64,000 bases of DNA from Octopus vulgaris (taxonomy: Eukaryota): the NCBI GenBank assembly GCA_951406725.2, contig OX597814.1:186124001-186188000 (forward strand), written 5' to 3'. Numbering within the stretch: the first letter of the stretch is position 1; every line of letters starts with the position of its first letter. Below are positions 1 to 14,091 of this stretch, piece after piece. The translations under genes and the position numbers were made by a program. The notes beneath the pieces are model-generated. The model was not told the origin of the DNA. It was given only the letters and a program-made list of their open reading frames with translations, and ran no database searches.

Positions 1-169
1 TTTCCACACTGGCATGGGTTGGATGGTTTGACAGGAGCTAGCTAAGCAGATGACAGCACCAGAATTGTGTCTGTTTTAGCACAGATTTTACAGCTGGATG
101 CCCTTCTTAACACCAACCACATACATATATATATATATATATATATATGACATCAACATCAACACCAAT

Positions 170-502
170 ATCAAAATCAAATCAAATGGAAATTGTTGTT
201 GTGAGCCGGCAGCATGTAAAAAGCACCATCCGAATGTGGCTGATGCCAGTGCCACTTTGATTGGCTTCTGTGCCGGTGGCACATAAAAGGCTCCATCCAA
301 CTGTGGTCGATGCCAGCTCCTCTGGCCCCAATGCCAGTGGCACATAGAAAGCACCTACTACACTTTCGGAGTGGTTGGTGTTAGGAAGGGCTTCCAGCTG
401 TAAAAACACTGCCAGATCAGACTGGGGCCTGGTGCAGCCTTCTGGCTTCCCAGAGCCTGGTCAAACTGTTCAACCCATAACAGCATGAAATATGGATGTT
501 AA

Positions 503-541
<39 letters not shown>

Positions 542-555
542 GTTATGATGATGAT
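170..555 (+). mobile_element. Family A: RTE-LINE 3' end (three ~63-nt modules plus core, (GAT)n tail)
   Basis: Core GGAGTGGTTGGTGTTAGGAAGGG..CCAGCTGT ending GTTAAATGATGATGAT. The same sequence directly follows an RTE ORF remnant in the copy at 19665-20472. Confidence 0.85.
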
Positions 556-740
556 ATTATAATGAAAAAGTAACATGATAAACATTTTTGTTAATATATT
601 CAATATCCTAAGTAGATTAATGTCACTACTTTAATTAATAAAAACATAATTAGTCATTTTAGCATCTACCTTCCTTACACCTGAGCCATTCTAAATTCAT
701 TAGAGTACATCAACAGGCTCATGCTATACAGAAAAAAAAA

Positions 741-802
<62 letters not shown>

Positions 803-939
803 TGTGTAGGTACGTAAATGGTATTTTAAATACATTTTAAAAGGAAAGAGAATTTATACATGTGTGCACATGAGATGAGATGAGTGCATGCTCTGGTGCC
901 AAGGAAAAAGGTAAATATGCAAAGAGTATTACATACATG

Positions 940-974
<35 letters not shown>

Positions 975-1449
975 GTCTGTGTGTGCATATAAATATGTGT
1001 AAGGTATGTAAATTCTTTCTATCTCATAGACAAACAGATTATCTTTTACCTTAGAAAAGATTAAATAAAAATAAGGGGGAAAAATAGGTAAGATTAAATA
1101 AAAATCAAATATATATATATATATATATACAAGGTAAAGTTTAGAATACTTATAAGAAACTATGAAATAATTGAGAGGTTTTCTTTAAGCTGTCTTGCCT
1201 TGAAATCAACCTGAGAGAGGAAAGGCTGCTAGCCATGTTTATTAAAAAAAAAGGGAGAAGAAAGAAAAGAAAAGGGAATTCAACCACAGCTAAAAGTTGG
1301 ATGGAAAAAAAATGAAAGAAAAGTATTACTGAAATAGAAGCCAAGCCAAAACCTACTAGAAAGACAAGTGAGGGAATTAGGAAGGAAAGATGAATGAGAA
1401 ACAGAAGATGGGGGGGCGTAGATGAAGAGAGAAAATTTGTATTTGCTCA

Positions 1450-1485
1450 TGTACATATATATACATACGCATACACACACACACA

Positions 1486-1525
<40 letters not shown>

Positions 1526-1580
1526 AAACATATACACACACAGGCTATATGTATATACACACACATTACATATATTTATA

Positions 1581-1623
<43 letters not shown>

Positions 1624-1667
1624 CATACACCCACATGCTATATGTCTATACACACACATTACATAAG

Positions 1668-1711
<44 letters not shown>

Positions 1712-1838
1712 CACACACATACATATATATATATATAGACATATGAGACAAGACATAAATAATGGTATGTACAAATTATATATATATATATGTATATATA
1801 CACACATATATATGTATATACAAACAGATATATATATG

Positions 1839-1892
<54 letters not shown>

Positions 1893-1952
1893 TAAACACA
1901 CATACATATATACATAAATACACACACACACATTATGTGTGTGTGTATATAT
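1450..1952. repeat. Compound (TA)n/(CA)n microsatellite block
   Basis: Interleaved TA and CA runs seen directly. Source of the YIYI/THTH ORFs. Confidence 0.95.
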
Positions 1953-2502
1953 AATTGATGTGTATAAATAAAAGAAGGGATAAAGATTTAGGAAAGGTAA
2001 GAAAAAATAGCTTAAGAATTGTGAAAGTGGAAGAATTATGAAAGAAGATAAAAATATTTTCAAGGTAGGAGGCAAGGAAAAATGAAAGATGAAGGTATTA
2101 GCTGAAGAGGAAAAGTTGGATTATTTGGGTGGCTGTGTTTATCTTACGCCTCTTATTTCCTCTCTTTGTATTAAGTTTCACAATATTTGAAAATGAATTA
2201 ATTCATTGTGTATCTGAAAAATTGTGTATGCTTTTCCCCCTAAATCTGAAGTTTAATGTGCACAGATTCTGCTGAAAGTCTTTTAATACTTTTTGTTCCC
2301 CGTTTGCTTTGTCAGCAGCTTGCATTGTCACATTTCATAGGTATTTCAATATACATACATACATACATACATACATACATACATACATACATACACTTAC
2401 TCATACACTTACTCATACACCAACTAAGTAGCTAACTTTATTATTAAAGTCTTATATGCACTAACACTCACACATATACATACATATTTACATACATACA
2501 TA

Positions 2503-2882
2503 CTCTTTTATTCTTTTACTCGTTTCAGTCATTTGACTGTGGCCATGTTGGAGCACCACCTTTAGTTGAACAAACTGACCCCAGGACTCATTCTTTTTAA
2601 ACCTAGTACTTATTCTATTGGTATCTTTTGCTGAACCACTAAGTTATGGGGACTTCAGCACACCAGCATCAGTTGTTGAAGCGATGGTGGCAGGACAAAC
2701 ACAGACCCACAAACATATACATATATATATATATACAATGGGCTTCTTTCAGTTTCCATCTAACAAATCTACTCACAAGGCTTTAGTGGGCCTGAGGCTA
2801 TATAGTAGAAGACACTTACCCAAGGTGACACACAGTGGGACTGAACCTGGAAGCATGTGGGTTGTAAGCAAGCTACTTACCA
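2503..2882 (-). mobile_element. Family B tRNA-derived SINE, head slightly truncated
   Basis: Matches about 15 other copies. On the minus strand: B-box GGTTCAGTCCC, CCTTGGGTAAGT, internal microsatellite and AAAAGAGT tail. Confidence 0.9.
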
Positions 2883-2883
2883 T

Positions 2884-3145
2884 ACTGAAAGAAGCCCGTC
2901 GTATATATGTGTGTGTGTGTGTGTGTTTGTGTGTCTGTGTTTCCCCCCCAACATTGCTTGACAACCGATGCTGGTGTGTTTACGTCCCTGTAACTTAGCA
3001 GTTCGGCAAAAAGAGAACGATAGAACAAGTACTAGGCTTGCAAATCAAATAAGTTCCGGTGTCGATTTGCTCGACTAAAAGGTGGTGCTCCAGCATGGCC
3101 ACAGTCAAATGACTGAAACAAGAATAAAAGAATAAAAGAATAGAA
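2884..3145 (+). mobile_element. Family B SINE 3' half, fused head-to-head with the previous copy
   Basis: Starts at ACTGAAAGAAGCCCGTCG and runs to GACTGAAACAAGAATAAAAGAAT. Confidence 0.9.
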
Positions 3146-3615
3146 AGGTTTAAGAATGCAATGTGTGTGTTTGTGTGTGTATAAACAAACACACTAAAGC
3201 ATATGACTGTAAATTCATACACACCTTTTCATTGAAACATTTAACTGAAATTATTCAACATAAGTGTTCATGCATGACTATGCATGCATCTCTCTGCATT
3301 GTAGCATAGCTTTGCTAGATTCGCTGTGTCATCTCACTCCAGTTATCGCATGTATTCCTGGATTCCTTAGTGATTCAAAGTTCTCTCTTGAGAGACATGC
3401 ACTGCCTTCTCTCCCTCTCTCCTTCCTCTCCTTGTGTGAATTATTACATCTTATCTGCATGAACTTCTTATTAATAAAAAGAGGAAATCCTTCAACTTTA
3501 TTTGGGAAACTCTTGCAAATATTGATGATCAATAACCATCAAGTATCAATTGGTTTAACAAGCTAATAGGAACTTCCTTTTATTAAAAAATAACTAATTA
3601 ATGACTAAAATTTCA

Positions 3616-4026
3616 ATACTCATTACTCATTTACTCACTTGTTTCAGTCATTTGACTGTGGCTATGCTGGAGCACCGCCTTTAGTCGACCAAATCGACCC
3701 CAGGACTTATTCTTTGTAAGCCTAGTTCTTATTCTATCAGTGTCTTTTGTCGAACTGCTAGATTACGGGGACGTAAACACACCAGCATCGGTTGTCAAGC
3801 AGTCTTTGTGGGGACAAACACAGACACACAAACATATACACACATATATATATACATATATATGACGGGCTTCTTTCAGTTTCCGTCTACCAAATCCACT
3901 CACAAGGCTTTGGTCAGCCCGAGGCTATAGTAGAAGACACTTGCCCAAGGTGGCACACAGTGGGACTGAATCTGGAACCATGTGGTTGATAAGCAAGCTA
4001 CTTACCACACAGCCACTCCTGTACCT
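3616..4026 (-). mobile_element. Family B SINE, full length
   Basis: A-box TGGCTGTGTGG and B-box-like sequence at the minus-strand 5' end; colinear with other copies. Confidence 0.9.
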
Positions 4027-4789
4027 ATACATATTATATATGAAAATATAGAGTATTCTGAAAGAGAAAACAATGACGGGTCTCTGGTGAGGACTTGAAT
4101 TGCAAATCCATCAAATATTGTATGACAATGTTCCCAAGTACATTAAACTGCACCGTCATATTTCTCTTTCTCTCTCTCCAGAATAAGCCTAAAATGTTTT
4201 ATTTGTATGAACTAACACTACCTCTCTTTTTCAGATAATTCAGAGATACTGATTACAATGTTTTAGCTGACATTTATTTATCTACACACACACACTCACA
4301 ATCACAAATATAAATTTCATTTGTTAATGTTTTGTGTCTCTTTTTCTGTACTAGCATGGGTTAGAGGAATATATTATCAATATGTTTTTACAGCCAGATG
4401 CCCTTCTTGTCACCCACCCCTGCCTGTTTTTCAAGAAAAGGATCTCTTATTGATATGTCTTTGAAGGTGAAAACCCAACAAACAATTTGTTGATAGAAGA
4501 AATGACAGCAACATCACCATTCAAAGCTCACAAGTTTCAGAGAACTGGCATGTAAAAGCACCCATTACACCCTCAGAGTTGTTGGTGTTAGGAAGGGTAT
4601 CCAGCCGTAGAAACCATGCTAAATCAGACTGGAGTCAGGTGCTGCCCCTCAGCTTACCAGCTCATGTACAACAGGTATTAAATGATGATGATGATGGTGG
4701 TGATGGTAATGATGATGATGATGATGATGATGATAACAATGTGCAAATTTAAACAAATACACAGATATTCACACAGACACAGATACATC

Positions 4790-4826
<37 letters not shown>

Positions 4827-4908
4827 GTCATCGTCGTCATCATCATCATCATTTAACTTCCATGTTCAGTTTGACAGGATTCAAGGACTGCATTGTGCTC
4901 CATTGTTG

Positions 4909-4944
<36 letters not shown>

Positions 4945-5997
4945 CATGGTCAGGTGTGTGGTGACTAAACCAGCTTCCCCACTTGAGTAGTTTACTACTC
5001 TCATAAGTAGGGTGTCTACACACCTAGCTGGACTATAAACAAGACCTAGGGAAGGATGGTATATGCTTACTGTGAGCCAATGGCCATCCAGCAATGGCAT
5101 ACCACCCCAATGTTTCTGTCACGAAAGCATTATGGGAAATGAAGTAATGCCATGGCTTTATCCAGTAGAACTCGTGCTTAATCAGGAAGACTTTTGTTGC
5201 AGTGTCATCAACGCTCTGCAAAAGTGCACAATGCATGATGACAAAGAGCATTAGCAATCTCAATATTATAAACTGAACCCATAGTAAAATTTTTCCTCTG
5301 AATAGGACACAGAATCCTGTAAATTGAATCAGAACTGATATCAAATAAATGAAGAGTTTCAATTCAAACTATTGTACACCTACATGTGTCATTTATGTTT
5401 TCAATCCTGATGTATAAAAGTAAATTATTTAGATACTACATGATAGCTTTCCTTTGATATACTACTCTAAAGTGTTTGATTTTCCTTGATTCCTAAATTA
5501 TCAATTATCTGGCTATATTTTCATAAATGTTTGCATCATTCCATAAACATAATTTAGACACCAAATATTTGTACAAAAATCCAATCACCAAAACATATTA
5601 AATTAATAGATATGATACACTCATATCTAGACATGAATGTTCTTATATATTACAGTTTATTTTTATTTTTATTTATTTATTTTTGTTAACCATGAAAAAT
5701 ATTTATCCTTTCCAAGCCTTAAATGTAATTATTCCTTTTCATGAGTACGTCAGCATGAAGTCAATATTTCGCTGGTAATAGTTTTAAGCGCTAACACTTT
5801 TCATTGTGTATGGAGGTTTAGCATTGGCCAATGTGCTCGCTGCATAATACATTGCGCCATTTATTCGTTTCCCTTTTACAAGACTGTGTCATATTGGTGT
5901 TACCAATTTTATTCTCAATAGGTTTGAAATTAACATAAGCCATTCAGCCAGTTTACAATATTATTCACTATCTTTGAAAAACTAATTTGAATCATTA

Positions 5998-6206
5998 GGG
6001 CCAGTTTCATGGCATATATATCCCCTACCTGAATGGGACACCAGTCTGTCATAAGATTAATCGTTTTTTGCCAGCTGAGTGGACTGGAGCAACATGAAAT
6101 GAAGTCTCTTGCTCAAGGACACAACATATTGCCTGGTTCAGGAATCAAAACCATTATCTTAAGATCAAGAGTCCAACACCCTAACCACTAAGCTACACGG
6201 TTCCAC
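5998..6206 (-). mobile_element. Family E tRNA-derived (CORE-like) SINE, diverged
   Basis: Colinear with 35211-35465 (GCCAGCTGAGTGGACTGGAGCAAC...CTAACCACTAAG). Confidence 0.8.
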
Positions 6207-6250
6207 TTATATTTTTGCAGGCTTAAGCTGATTTCTAATTAATAGTCAAC

Positions 6251-6656
6251 AGTAGGAGTGGCTGTGTGGTAAGTAGCTTGCTTACCAACCACATGGTTCC
6301 AGGTTCAGTCCCACTGCGTGGCACCTTGGGCAAGTGTCTTCTACTATAGCCTCGGGCCGACCAAAGCCTTGTGTGTGCATTTGGTAGACGGAAACTGAAA
6401 GAAGCCTGTCGTCTATATGTATATGTGTGTGTGTGTATGTGTGTGTCTGTGTTTGTCCCTCCCAACATTGCTTGACAACCAATGCTGGTGTGTTTACGTC
6501 CCCATAACTTAGCGGTTCAGCAAAAGAGACCAATAGAATAAGTACTAGGCTTACAAAGAATAAGTCCTGGAGTCGATTTGCTCGACTAAAGACGGTGCTC
6601 CAGCATGGCTACAGTCACATGACTGAAACAAGTAAAAGAGTAAAGAGTAAAAAGAG
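6251..6656 (+). mobile_element. Family B SINE, full length
   Basis: GGAGTGGCTGTGTGGTAAG...GGTTCAGTCCC...GAAACAAGTAAAAGAGTAAAGAG. Confidence 0.92.
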
Positions 6657-6935
6657 GGTTTAGTAAAGTTAGTGATCATATACTTAAAGGTGACACCAGT
6701 CTTAAGCTATAAGTGTGCTTATGTGTGTTTTCTGTTTGTGACAGTTTATGATTGAAATGAACACAAAATTATTAATTACTTTAAAACAATAATTAATTGG
6801 TTGAGTAGATCAAAATACTGCAGCAGTACCTTCATTCTATCAAAGTGAAATGGATAATATTAAATATTGAATGATAGATATCAGAAGAGCTTCCGCTTTT
6901 AGAAATCTAAATATATATATACACACATATATATA

Positions 6936-7352
6936 TCATCATCATCATCATCGTTTAATGTCCGCTTTCCATGCTAGCCTGGGTTGGATGATTTGACTGT
7001 GGGCTGGCGAACCAGATAGCTGCACCAGGCCCCAGTCTTGATCTGGCAGAGTTTCTACAGCTGGATGCCCTTCCTAACGCCAACCACTCCAAGAGTGTAG
7101 TGGATGCTTTTACGTGCCACCAGCACGGGGCCAGTCAGGCGGTACTAGCAACAACCTCGCTCGAATTTTTTTACACATGCCAACGGCACAGGTGCCAGTA
7201 AGGCAATGCTGGTAACGATCCCGCTTGAATGGTGCCTCCTACATGCCACCGGCACAGAAGCCAGTAAGCCGCTCTAGCAATGATCACACTCGGATGGTGC
7301 TCTTAGCACCCTACTAGCACGGGGCACAAGTGCCAGTAAGGCAAAGCTGGCA
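6936..7352 (-). mobile_element. Family A RTE 3' end (4-module variant)
   Basis: (ATC)n then GTTTAATGTCCGCTTTCCATGCTAGC; repeated TGCCACC/GGCAC modules. Confidence 0.88.
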
Positions 7353-7444
7353 ATATATATATAACAGGTACCATGGAGCACTACCAGTAAGATCTATGAG
7401 AATTTGGTTTGTGACTTAGTTTGATTTCTAGTGAACACTGTAAT

Positions 7445-7868
7445 ACTCTCTTTTACTCTTTTACTTGTTTCAGTCATTTGACTGCAGCCATGCTGGAGCA
7501 CCGCCTTTAGTTGAGCAAGTTGACCCCAGAACTTATTCTTTGTAAGCCTAGTACTTATTCTATCAGTCTCTTTTGCCGAACCACTAAGTTACGGGGATAT
7601 AAACACACCAGCATCGGTTGTCAAGCGATGTTGGGGGGGACAAACATATGCACACACACAAACATATGCACATACACACATATATATATATACACACATA
7701 TATACGACGGGCTTCTTTCAGTTTCTGTCTTCCAAATTGGCTCACAAGTCTTTGGTCGACCCGAGGCTATAATAGAAGACACTTGCCCAAGATGCCACGC
7801 AGTGGGACTGAACCCAGAACCATGTGGTTGGTAAGCAAGCTACTTACCACACAGCCACTCCTGTGCCT
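7445..7868 (-). mobile_element. Family B SINE, full length
   Basis: Colinear with 6251-6656 in the opposite orientation. Confidence 0.92.
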
Positions 7869-8086
7869 AATGTTTTCCCATCTTCTAACATTTGCGAACA
7901 ATATCTAACTGAAAAATTATCAATCTACTAGATTACAATATTTTAGAGCTGGAAAATCTTTAGCTAAGCTGATAGCAGACAAGGATATTATTTTCATGTA
8001 AAGCTTAATTGATGCATTTTTATCATGATCAAATCTTGATATGCCCAATATATAAATGTTCTAAATATATTTCATGATAATATATG

Positions 8087-8249
8087 AAATTCTGTTGTGT
8101 CTGGGGAGAGTCATTTTCTTTTTGTGCCTTACACTCACCGGTAAAATTTCCACTTATTTTATTTCTTATTTTTATTTTTCGAAAATTTTTGTTGCGTCTT
8201 GGAATCTTTTCAATAGTCTTGACTACTATTGAAAATGTTGCAAGACGCT
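8087..8249 (-). mobile_element. Family F Penelope-like terminal fragment with a short inversion, abutting a family B head (8248-8391)
   Basis: Shares TTCTGTTGTGTCTGGGGAGAGTCATTTTC...GTTGCGTCTT with the copies at 15475 and 30028. Inverted copy CTATTGAAAATGTTGCAAGACGC at 8225-8249. Confidence 0.6.
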
Positions 8250-9235
8250 TCTTTCGGTTCCCATCTACCAAATCCACTCACAAAGCTTTGGTTGATCCAA
8301 GGCTATAACAGAAGACACTTGCCCAAGGTGCCACACAGTGGGACTGAACCCAGAACCATGTGGTTCTTACCACACAGCCATTTCTGCACCTACAAAGAAT
8401 TTAGTAAATTAACTTAGTTATCATTTAGCAAGTGTTAGGAACATAATTTGTGACTAAGGTTTGGTGGAAGATTTTAATTCAAAACTTATGAAAACAAAGA
8501 CATTTGTACTCAGAGCCAGAGCTAGTTTCACCTGGGTTGGTAATGAAAGGGTTAATGAGAAATTTAGATAGCACTTTTGAATGGTCAGTTAACTGTCAGT
8601 GAATTTTGTGCAGTAGTTATTATACTGTTAATTTTATCAGATAAAGGCATTTTCATTGACTGGTTCTCATGTTCATCTATTGACCTGTAAGCTGAGTGAG
8701 AGTGTGTGCCTAAGCAAAAGTAACCAACGTTAGTCCATTCACTTGAGTTAGCTTTAACTGAATATAACAACCCTTTTCACTTACTAATGAAGAAGTAAAT
8801 AAACAAAACCCTATACATCTTGTTACCCTATCGTCTGTGGTGTTTCTGGTTCCAGCGTTCTTTATTCCCCTGCATTATGACCAAAGCTAAATATTCAGGG
8901 ATATTAATAAACTACATCAAATCATTTTCCAATATGTTTTTCATTCCAATTGTGGTTGTGGTTATTAGATTGGCCAGTTCTGATTGGATTATCTTTCATA
9001 TTAACCGCATGGCTGTTTCATTTTTTACATCTCAATGAAGGTGGGTGGTGTGAATCAACAGGAATTGAAACAATGGCTGCATTGTTGGGAAAGGCATGAT
9101 GACACTGAGTCAACTTCCTAAATAATAAAATGCTGCTTGTTGTTTGTGATAACACCAAGAGTGTTGTGACCATCATTGCAATCATCATCACCACCACCAC
9201 CATCAAAGAAATTTTCTATATATATATACATATAC

Positions 9236-9284
<49 letters not shown>

Positions 9285-11313
9285 ATACATATATATATAT
9301 AATTTAATATATATATACTGCATTTACATATATATATATTAGATATATATATATACATAATACATATCATAATATATATACAAAATTATATATATATATA
9401 TATAATAGATAGATAGACAGACAGACAGGCAGACAGACAGACATATGGTAATTACTGTAATGTTCAACTATCAGATTGTCAACAATAGAAAGTTGTAACT
9501 ATGATAAATCTAAGTAATTAAACTAAAGCTTTGCTGTTGATTCAGTCTAGAATAAATTTACACAATTCAATATCCACTCAGTAGTTTTAAAATGCTTGTA
9601 TTTATCACCTGTTGATTTCATTAATGCCAAACTTGTTTATGTTATTCATCTAAGTATAACATAACAAGTTTTGCTATCATTAGTAATATTTTGTTATAAA
9701 ACACGATGGGTTGGGTGCCATGATTGATGATACAGTAAGTATTCTGCTAATTCCACAACAGCTTCAGTTTTAATTCAAAGCCTTGGAATACTTGCAATAC
9801 AAACAGCATAGGAAAAAAAATCATGAATATCGCAAGCTCTTGTTCCACACCCTAGATTTTTATGCTCTTCATGCTAATATGAGCAACCACTGTTAATAAA
9901 AAGAAGAGGCGAGTGTTAGAACACTATAGAAATATTAGGAGTTTAGAAATGTGAAGAGGAGAGCTTCTTTAAATATTACACCAATAGTGTGTTATTGAAG
10001 AAATTTCATTTAGATTTTTACTTATTGATCTTCCCATTCATGACCAATATGATGTTCCTGGTGGTAATTATGAGAATAATACCATACAAAGATCTCCATG
10101 GATGAAAGATTAAAAACATAGTTATTTCTCATATTAAATTCAGGAGCTTATTGGCTGGGGTTCACATGTATAGAATTTACTATAGAATTTCCAAATGGAA
10201 GTCAGGAAAGTGTTTGTATTTTGTTCACTCTAGTGGTTTTAATTTGGCCTCTTTATATTTAATTTTATCTAGGTTCTGTTTAAAAGACCCTTTAATTTTA
10301 CTAAAGGTATAACCAAAACATTATACTTATATCACTTATATTATTTGTGAATAAGTTTCATCAGTAGCAATATAAATTTTCTCCCTGAACAGATGTCTTA
10401 CCAGTCACATCGGTACAGTTCCATCAGTTGTGTTTGAGCAACAGCAGGTGGGATCCTTACTCAAACATCAATCTGAGATTTTGTAATTGCACCACTGGGG
10501 AAATGATCTGGTTTTTCAATGCAAATTTTGAATCAATTGATGTTTTCAGTCAGGTTTTTAGCTTTCAAAAAAAATATATGATATATATATATATATATAT
10601 ATAGAAAGAAACCAAAAAAAAAAAAGAAACCAATGTAAATTATAAGATCATTGTTCTTTATCAACTGCACTTGTTCACTCATTTCGGGTTTTTTTTTTTC
10701 TTTAATTTAATTTCCATAATAGCGTTAATCTATTTCCATAGTTTTTATATATAATCTGATCACAGCTTGATGCAATTTTTTTTTTTTGGTATACTTGGGA
10801 ACATAAAATGTCCTTCCTGACCCTCTTAGAAGTGCTGAAAGATATTTGAATAACTATAGCTGCTTATGTTATCACAATTTAGAGAAAGTTGGTCCTTACT
10901 GTTGCATATGTAATTTCCTGTTGACTCAAAAGTCACATTGAACATATATATATATATATAATACATATGTATGTGTTTTACAGGCATTTATTTATTCATT
11001 TTTGCCTCTCAGAGTTAACAGAAGTGATGTTATATAAAACAGGCTAAATTATGTTGCAGAAATAAAATTATTTTGTTTAGCAAATAATTTAATAATAAAA
11101 TCAAATAAAATTTGATGACACAAGAAGATGTAAAACTTCAAATATTTTCTTAAATTTCATGGAAGTTCATTATAACTAAATATAGAGTAGTACAATATTA
11201 TTCAGTATCGTGTGTGTGTAAGCACAAGTACCAGACTTCAAGATAAATACTAAAATCAATATGATTAACTTCAAGGCTGCAATTTAATAAATGAAACAAA
11301 GAAAAGGATATAA

Positions 11314-11315
<2 letters not shown>

Positions 11316-11380
<65 letters not shown>

Positions 11381-11446
11381 TATATTGGTTTGATGAAACA
11401 AGCAGGAAAAATAGAACTCAAAAGATTAGTACATGTGTGTTGTATG

Positions 11447-11501
<55 letters not shown>

Positions 11502-11600
11502 GAAGACACTTGCCCAAGTTGCCATGCAGTAGAACTGAACCTGAAACTACATGGCTGGGATGTGAAATTCTGAACCATACAAACATGCCTGTACAAATGT

Positions 11601-11635
<35 letters not shown>

Positions 11636-11710
11636 TGCACACACACACATGCACACACACATGCACACACACACACACACACACACATGCACATACACAC
11701 ACACACACAC
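11316..11710. repeat. (CA)n/(TG)n/(CA)n microsatellites around a family B head fragment (11500-11590)
   Basis: Seen directly. Confidence 0.9.
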
Positions 11711-12634
11711 AAAATTTGGTAAGTGTATATAGCTTTATTTTGAAGAATCTTATTCAAGAGCCAACTTTTATGTGGCTTACTCTAGCATGGTTTAGTTGCA
11801 TGTATTAATGATTATTTATTTATCCTTATGCACAAGTTATCGGCGTGAGAATGTTTGAATACTGTCGCTTTGAGATTTGAAAATATGATACAAAATTCAA
11901 TACTGAACTTGTAATCTTCTGATTTTAACTTTGATAGATTATCAAAGTGAAAGACCAAAGGAAGTAAGATTTTATTCCATGTTGCTATTGTTTTTACTTA
12001 TGGCAGTTAATGCCTTCTAAATCACGAAGGTCACTAGTAAAATAATCAGTCTACAGCAAATTTCTTTGAGTTATATACAGCTAGTAATAAAAGGGGAAAA
12101 TGAAAACAATAAATAAGGAAGGATAAGCATGGAGATTGTTCCAAGAATTTATAGATTTTTCTCTGTTTGGTCAATAGATTTATATAAGAGTACCCAGTTG
12201 TGTGAGTAATCTGACGTTGGGAGGTCAACTTTAATCACTGGATGTCGAGAGGTTATCAGTTGTGAATAGAATTTGTTGTAGTAGGGAGCAAGATGAGAAA
12301 AGAAAGGACAGAGAAAGAGAGAGAGAGAGAGAGATAGAGAGAGAAAGGAAAGAAGGGCAGAGTGAGGGAGGAGAGAAAGACAGAGAGAAAAAGAAATAAT
12401 ACAAATGTTAAAATACCATGATGATATCCACTGAATCTGAACTGACACTGAGATGATTGTGTGAAAATTAGCAGGAGTGATAAGAATGGTTCTTCTCCAC
12501 TCCAGTGATTAACTTCAGAAATGAACAAAAATTGAAGCAAAAATTTTCTTTTTTTTTTAATTGGGAAAACAATATGAAAACTTATTATTTTTGTCATCTT
12601 ATTCCTTGACATCATAATTTTTTTCGATTGACCA

Positions 12635-13128
12635 AGGCCTTTGGAAGTTACTGCACGTGAGAAGACCCGGCAGGACAAGTGAGACCATAACCAGTGGCCT
12701 CTACCTGGGATGTAGCCAGCCCACTTATGCATACCTTTCCTTCTTGGGACACAAAACTCTGCTTGCGAAGACCTGTTGAGGCAAGTGAAATCTAAATCGC
12801 TCAAAAATCAATAGAAATTGTAGTTGTGGTACCAGTGCCAGTGGCACATAAAAGAACCGTCCGAACGTGGCCGTTGCCAGCGCCGCCCCGACTGGCCTCC
12901 ATGCCAGTGGCACATAAAAAGCACCAACCGATTGGGGCCATTACCAGTCTCGCCTGGCATGTAAAAAGCACGGAGTGGTTGGCGTTAGGAAGGGCATCCA
13001 GTTGTAGAAACACTACCAGATCAGACTGGGCCTGGTGCAGCCTCCTGGCTTCCCAGACCCTAGTCGAACCATCCAACCCATGCTAGCATGGAAAGCAGAC
13101 GTTAAACAATGATGATGATGATGATGAT
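12635..13128 (+). mobile_element. Family A RTE 3' UTR (long copy)
   Basis: GAAGACC...CAAGTGA units, GTGGCACATAAAA modules, core and (GAT)n tail. Confidence 0.88.
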
Positions 13129-13526
13129 ATCTATAATGATTAAATATTGGTTATTTTTCATATTTAGATTTTATTTGGCACTACTCCTCAAGAGTTGTCA
13201 ACCTTCTGGAGGTGTTTTTAATTTCATTTCAAATTTGCTTTTCTTCCAGTCAAGTAATCAACTCTTAATACAAGTGTTACCAATTTTGGTGACAAAAGTG
13301 TGATCTCAACTCTGGACATACTGAGCCAAAACATGTTGACCTCGACAGGATTTGAACTCAGAGCACAAAGAATCAAAACAAATACAGCAAAGCCATGTAT
13401 CTGATGCTCAAACCTGGTACATGGTACTTACTTTACTTATGCAAGCACATCACTCCCTACAAAGTATAAGCTATTAACAACTTCTGTTTGCTGTTCCAAG
13501 TCTTGTTAAGTTTGAATTATCATTGA

Positions 13527-14066
13527 CTAGCAGTATAACCCGGCTTTGCCCGGGATTAAGTTAGAATTATTAAGCTAATCAAGTTCTTTATTTCAAACCA
13601 AACTAAGTAACATCAACGTCAAATTTGGGTGAAATCCATTGAAATTGGTTTATATATATATACGTGGGCAACACATTCACATACACACACGAATGTACGT
13701 ACACCTATTGCATACATGTTCGTGTCTGTGTGTGTTGCCCGTATATCAACAAAACACTTTTTCCTCGATGGAAAAAAACAACAAAAGTCTTAACAAAAAC
13801 TTACTCGTCGCTAGAATGGGACTTAACTCCTGTTTGCAAACAATGGTGATTTCTCCGACTTGAAAATTGTTAAAAGTTTTGGTTGAAAATTAATTTTTAC
13901 TGCTATTCACCGGCGCCTCTGGGGAAAATAAGCTGACGAAAATACAGCTAGGATCATAACGAATGTCCTCCTAAAATTGGAGCGACATGTGTGCTAATTT
14001 GTGGACATGCATAAATTACATTCACGTACACACACACACACACATCCTGCCTTTTATATATACAGA
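13527..14066 (-). mobile_element. Non-autonomous Helitron, complete (~540 bp)
   Basis: Minus strand begins TCTGTATATATAAAA and ends with hairpin CCCGG-GCAAAG-CCGGG (13539-13554), then CTAG. Inserted between A and T with no TSD, matching canonical Helitron termini. Confidence 0.88.
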
Positions 14067-14091
14067 TGCTTTTGTAACTTTGCTTTCCTTC

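Noticed and set aside
1280-2075. Overlapping ORFs rich in YIYI/THTH/CVCV (also 9130-9342, 11198-11808, 18786-19118, 38731-39043, 60694-61050)
   Set aside because: They are translations of di- and trinucleotide microsatellites.
3792-3989. Recurrent peptides such as AIVEDTCPRCHAVGLN, FLQLDALPNANHS and SEFKFRRGRLCLSSF
   Set aside because: They recur because they are translations of repeat families A, B and C, not a gene family.
5071-5316. 246-nt open phase-1/phase-1 candidate exon on the minus strand (TTACAG ... GTAAGC)
   Set aside because: The peptide resembles no family I know, there are no partner exons, and the donor side adjoins a probable repeat. It cannot be supported without RNA data.
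8820-9120. Possible exon in unique sequence
   Set aside because: All frames after the candidate acceptor close quickly and there are no recognisable motifs.
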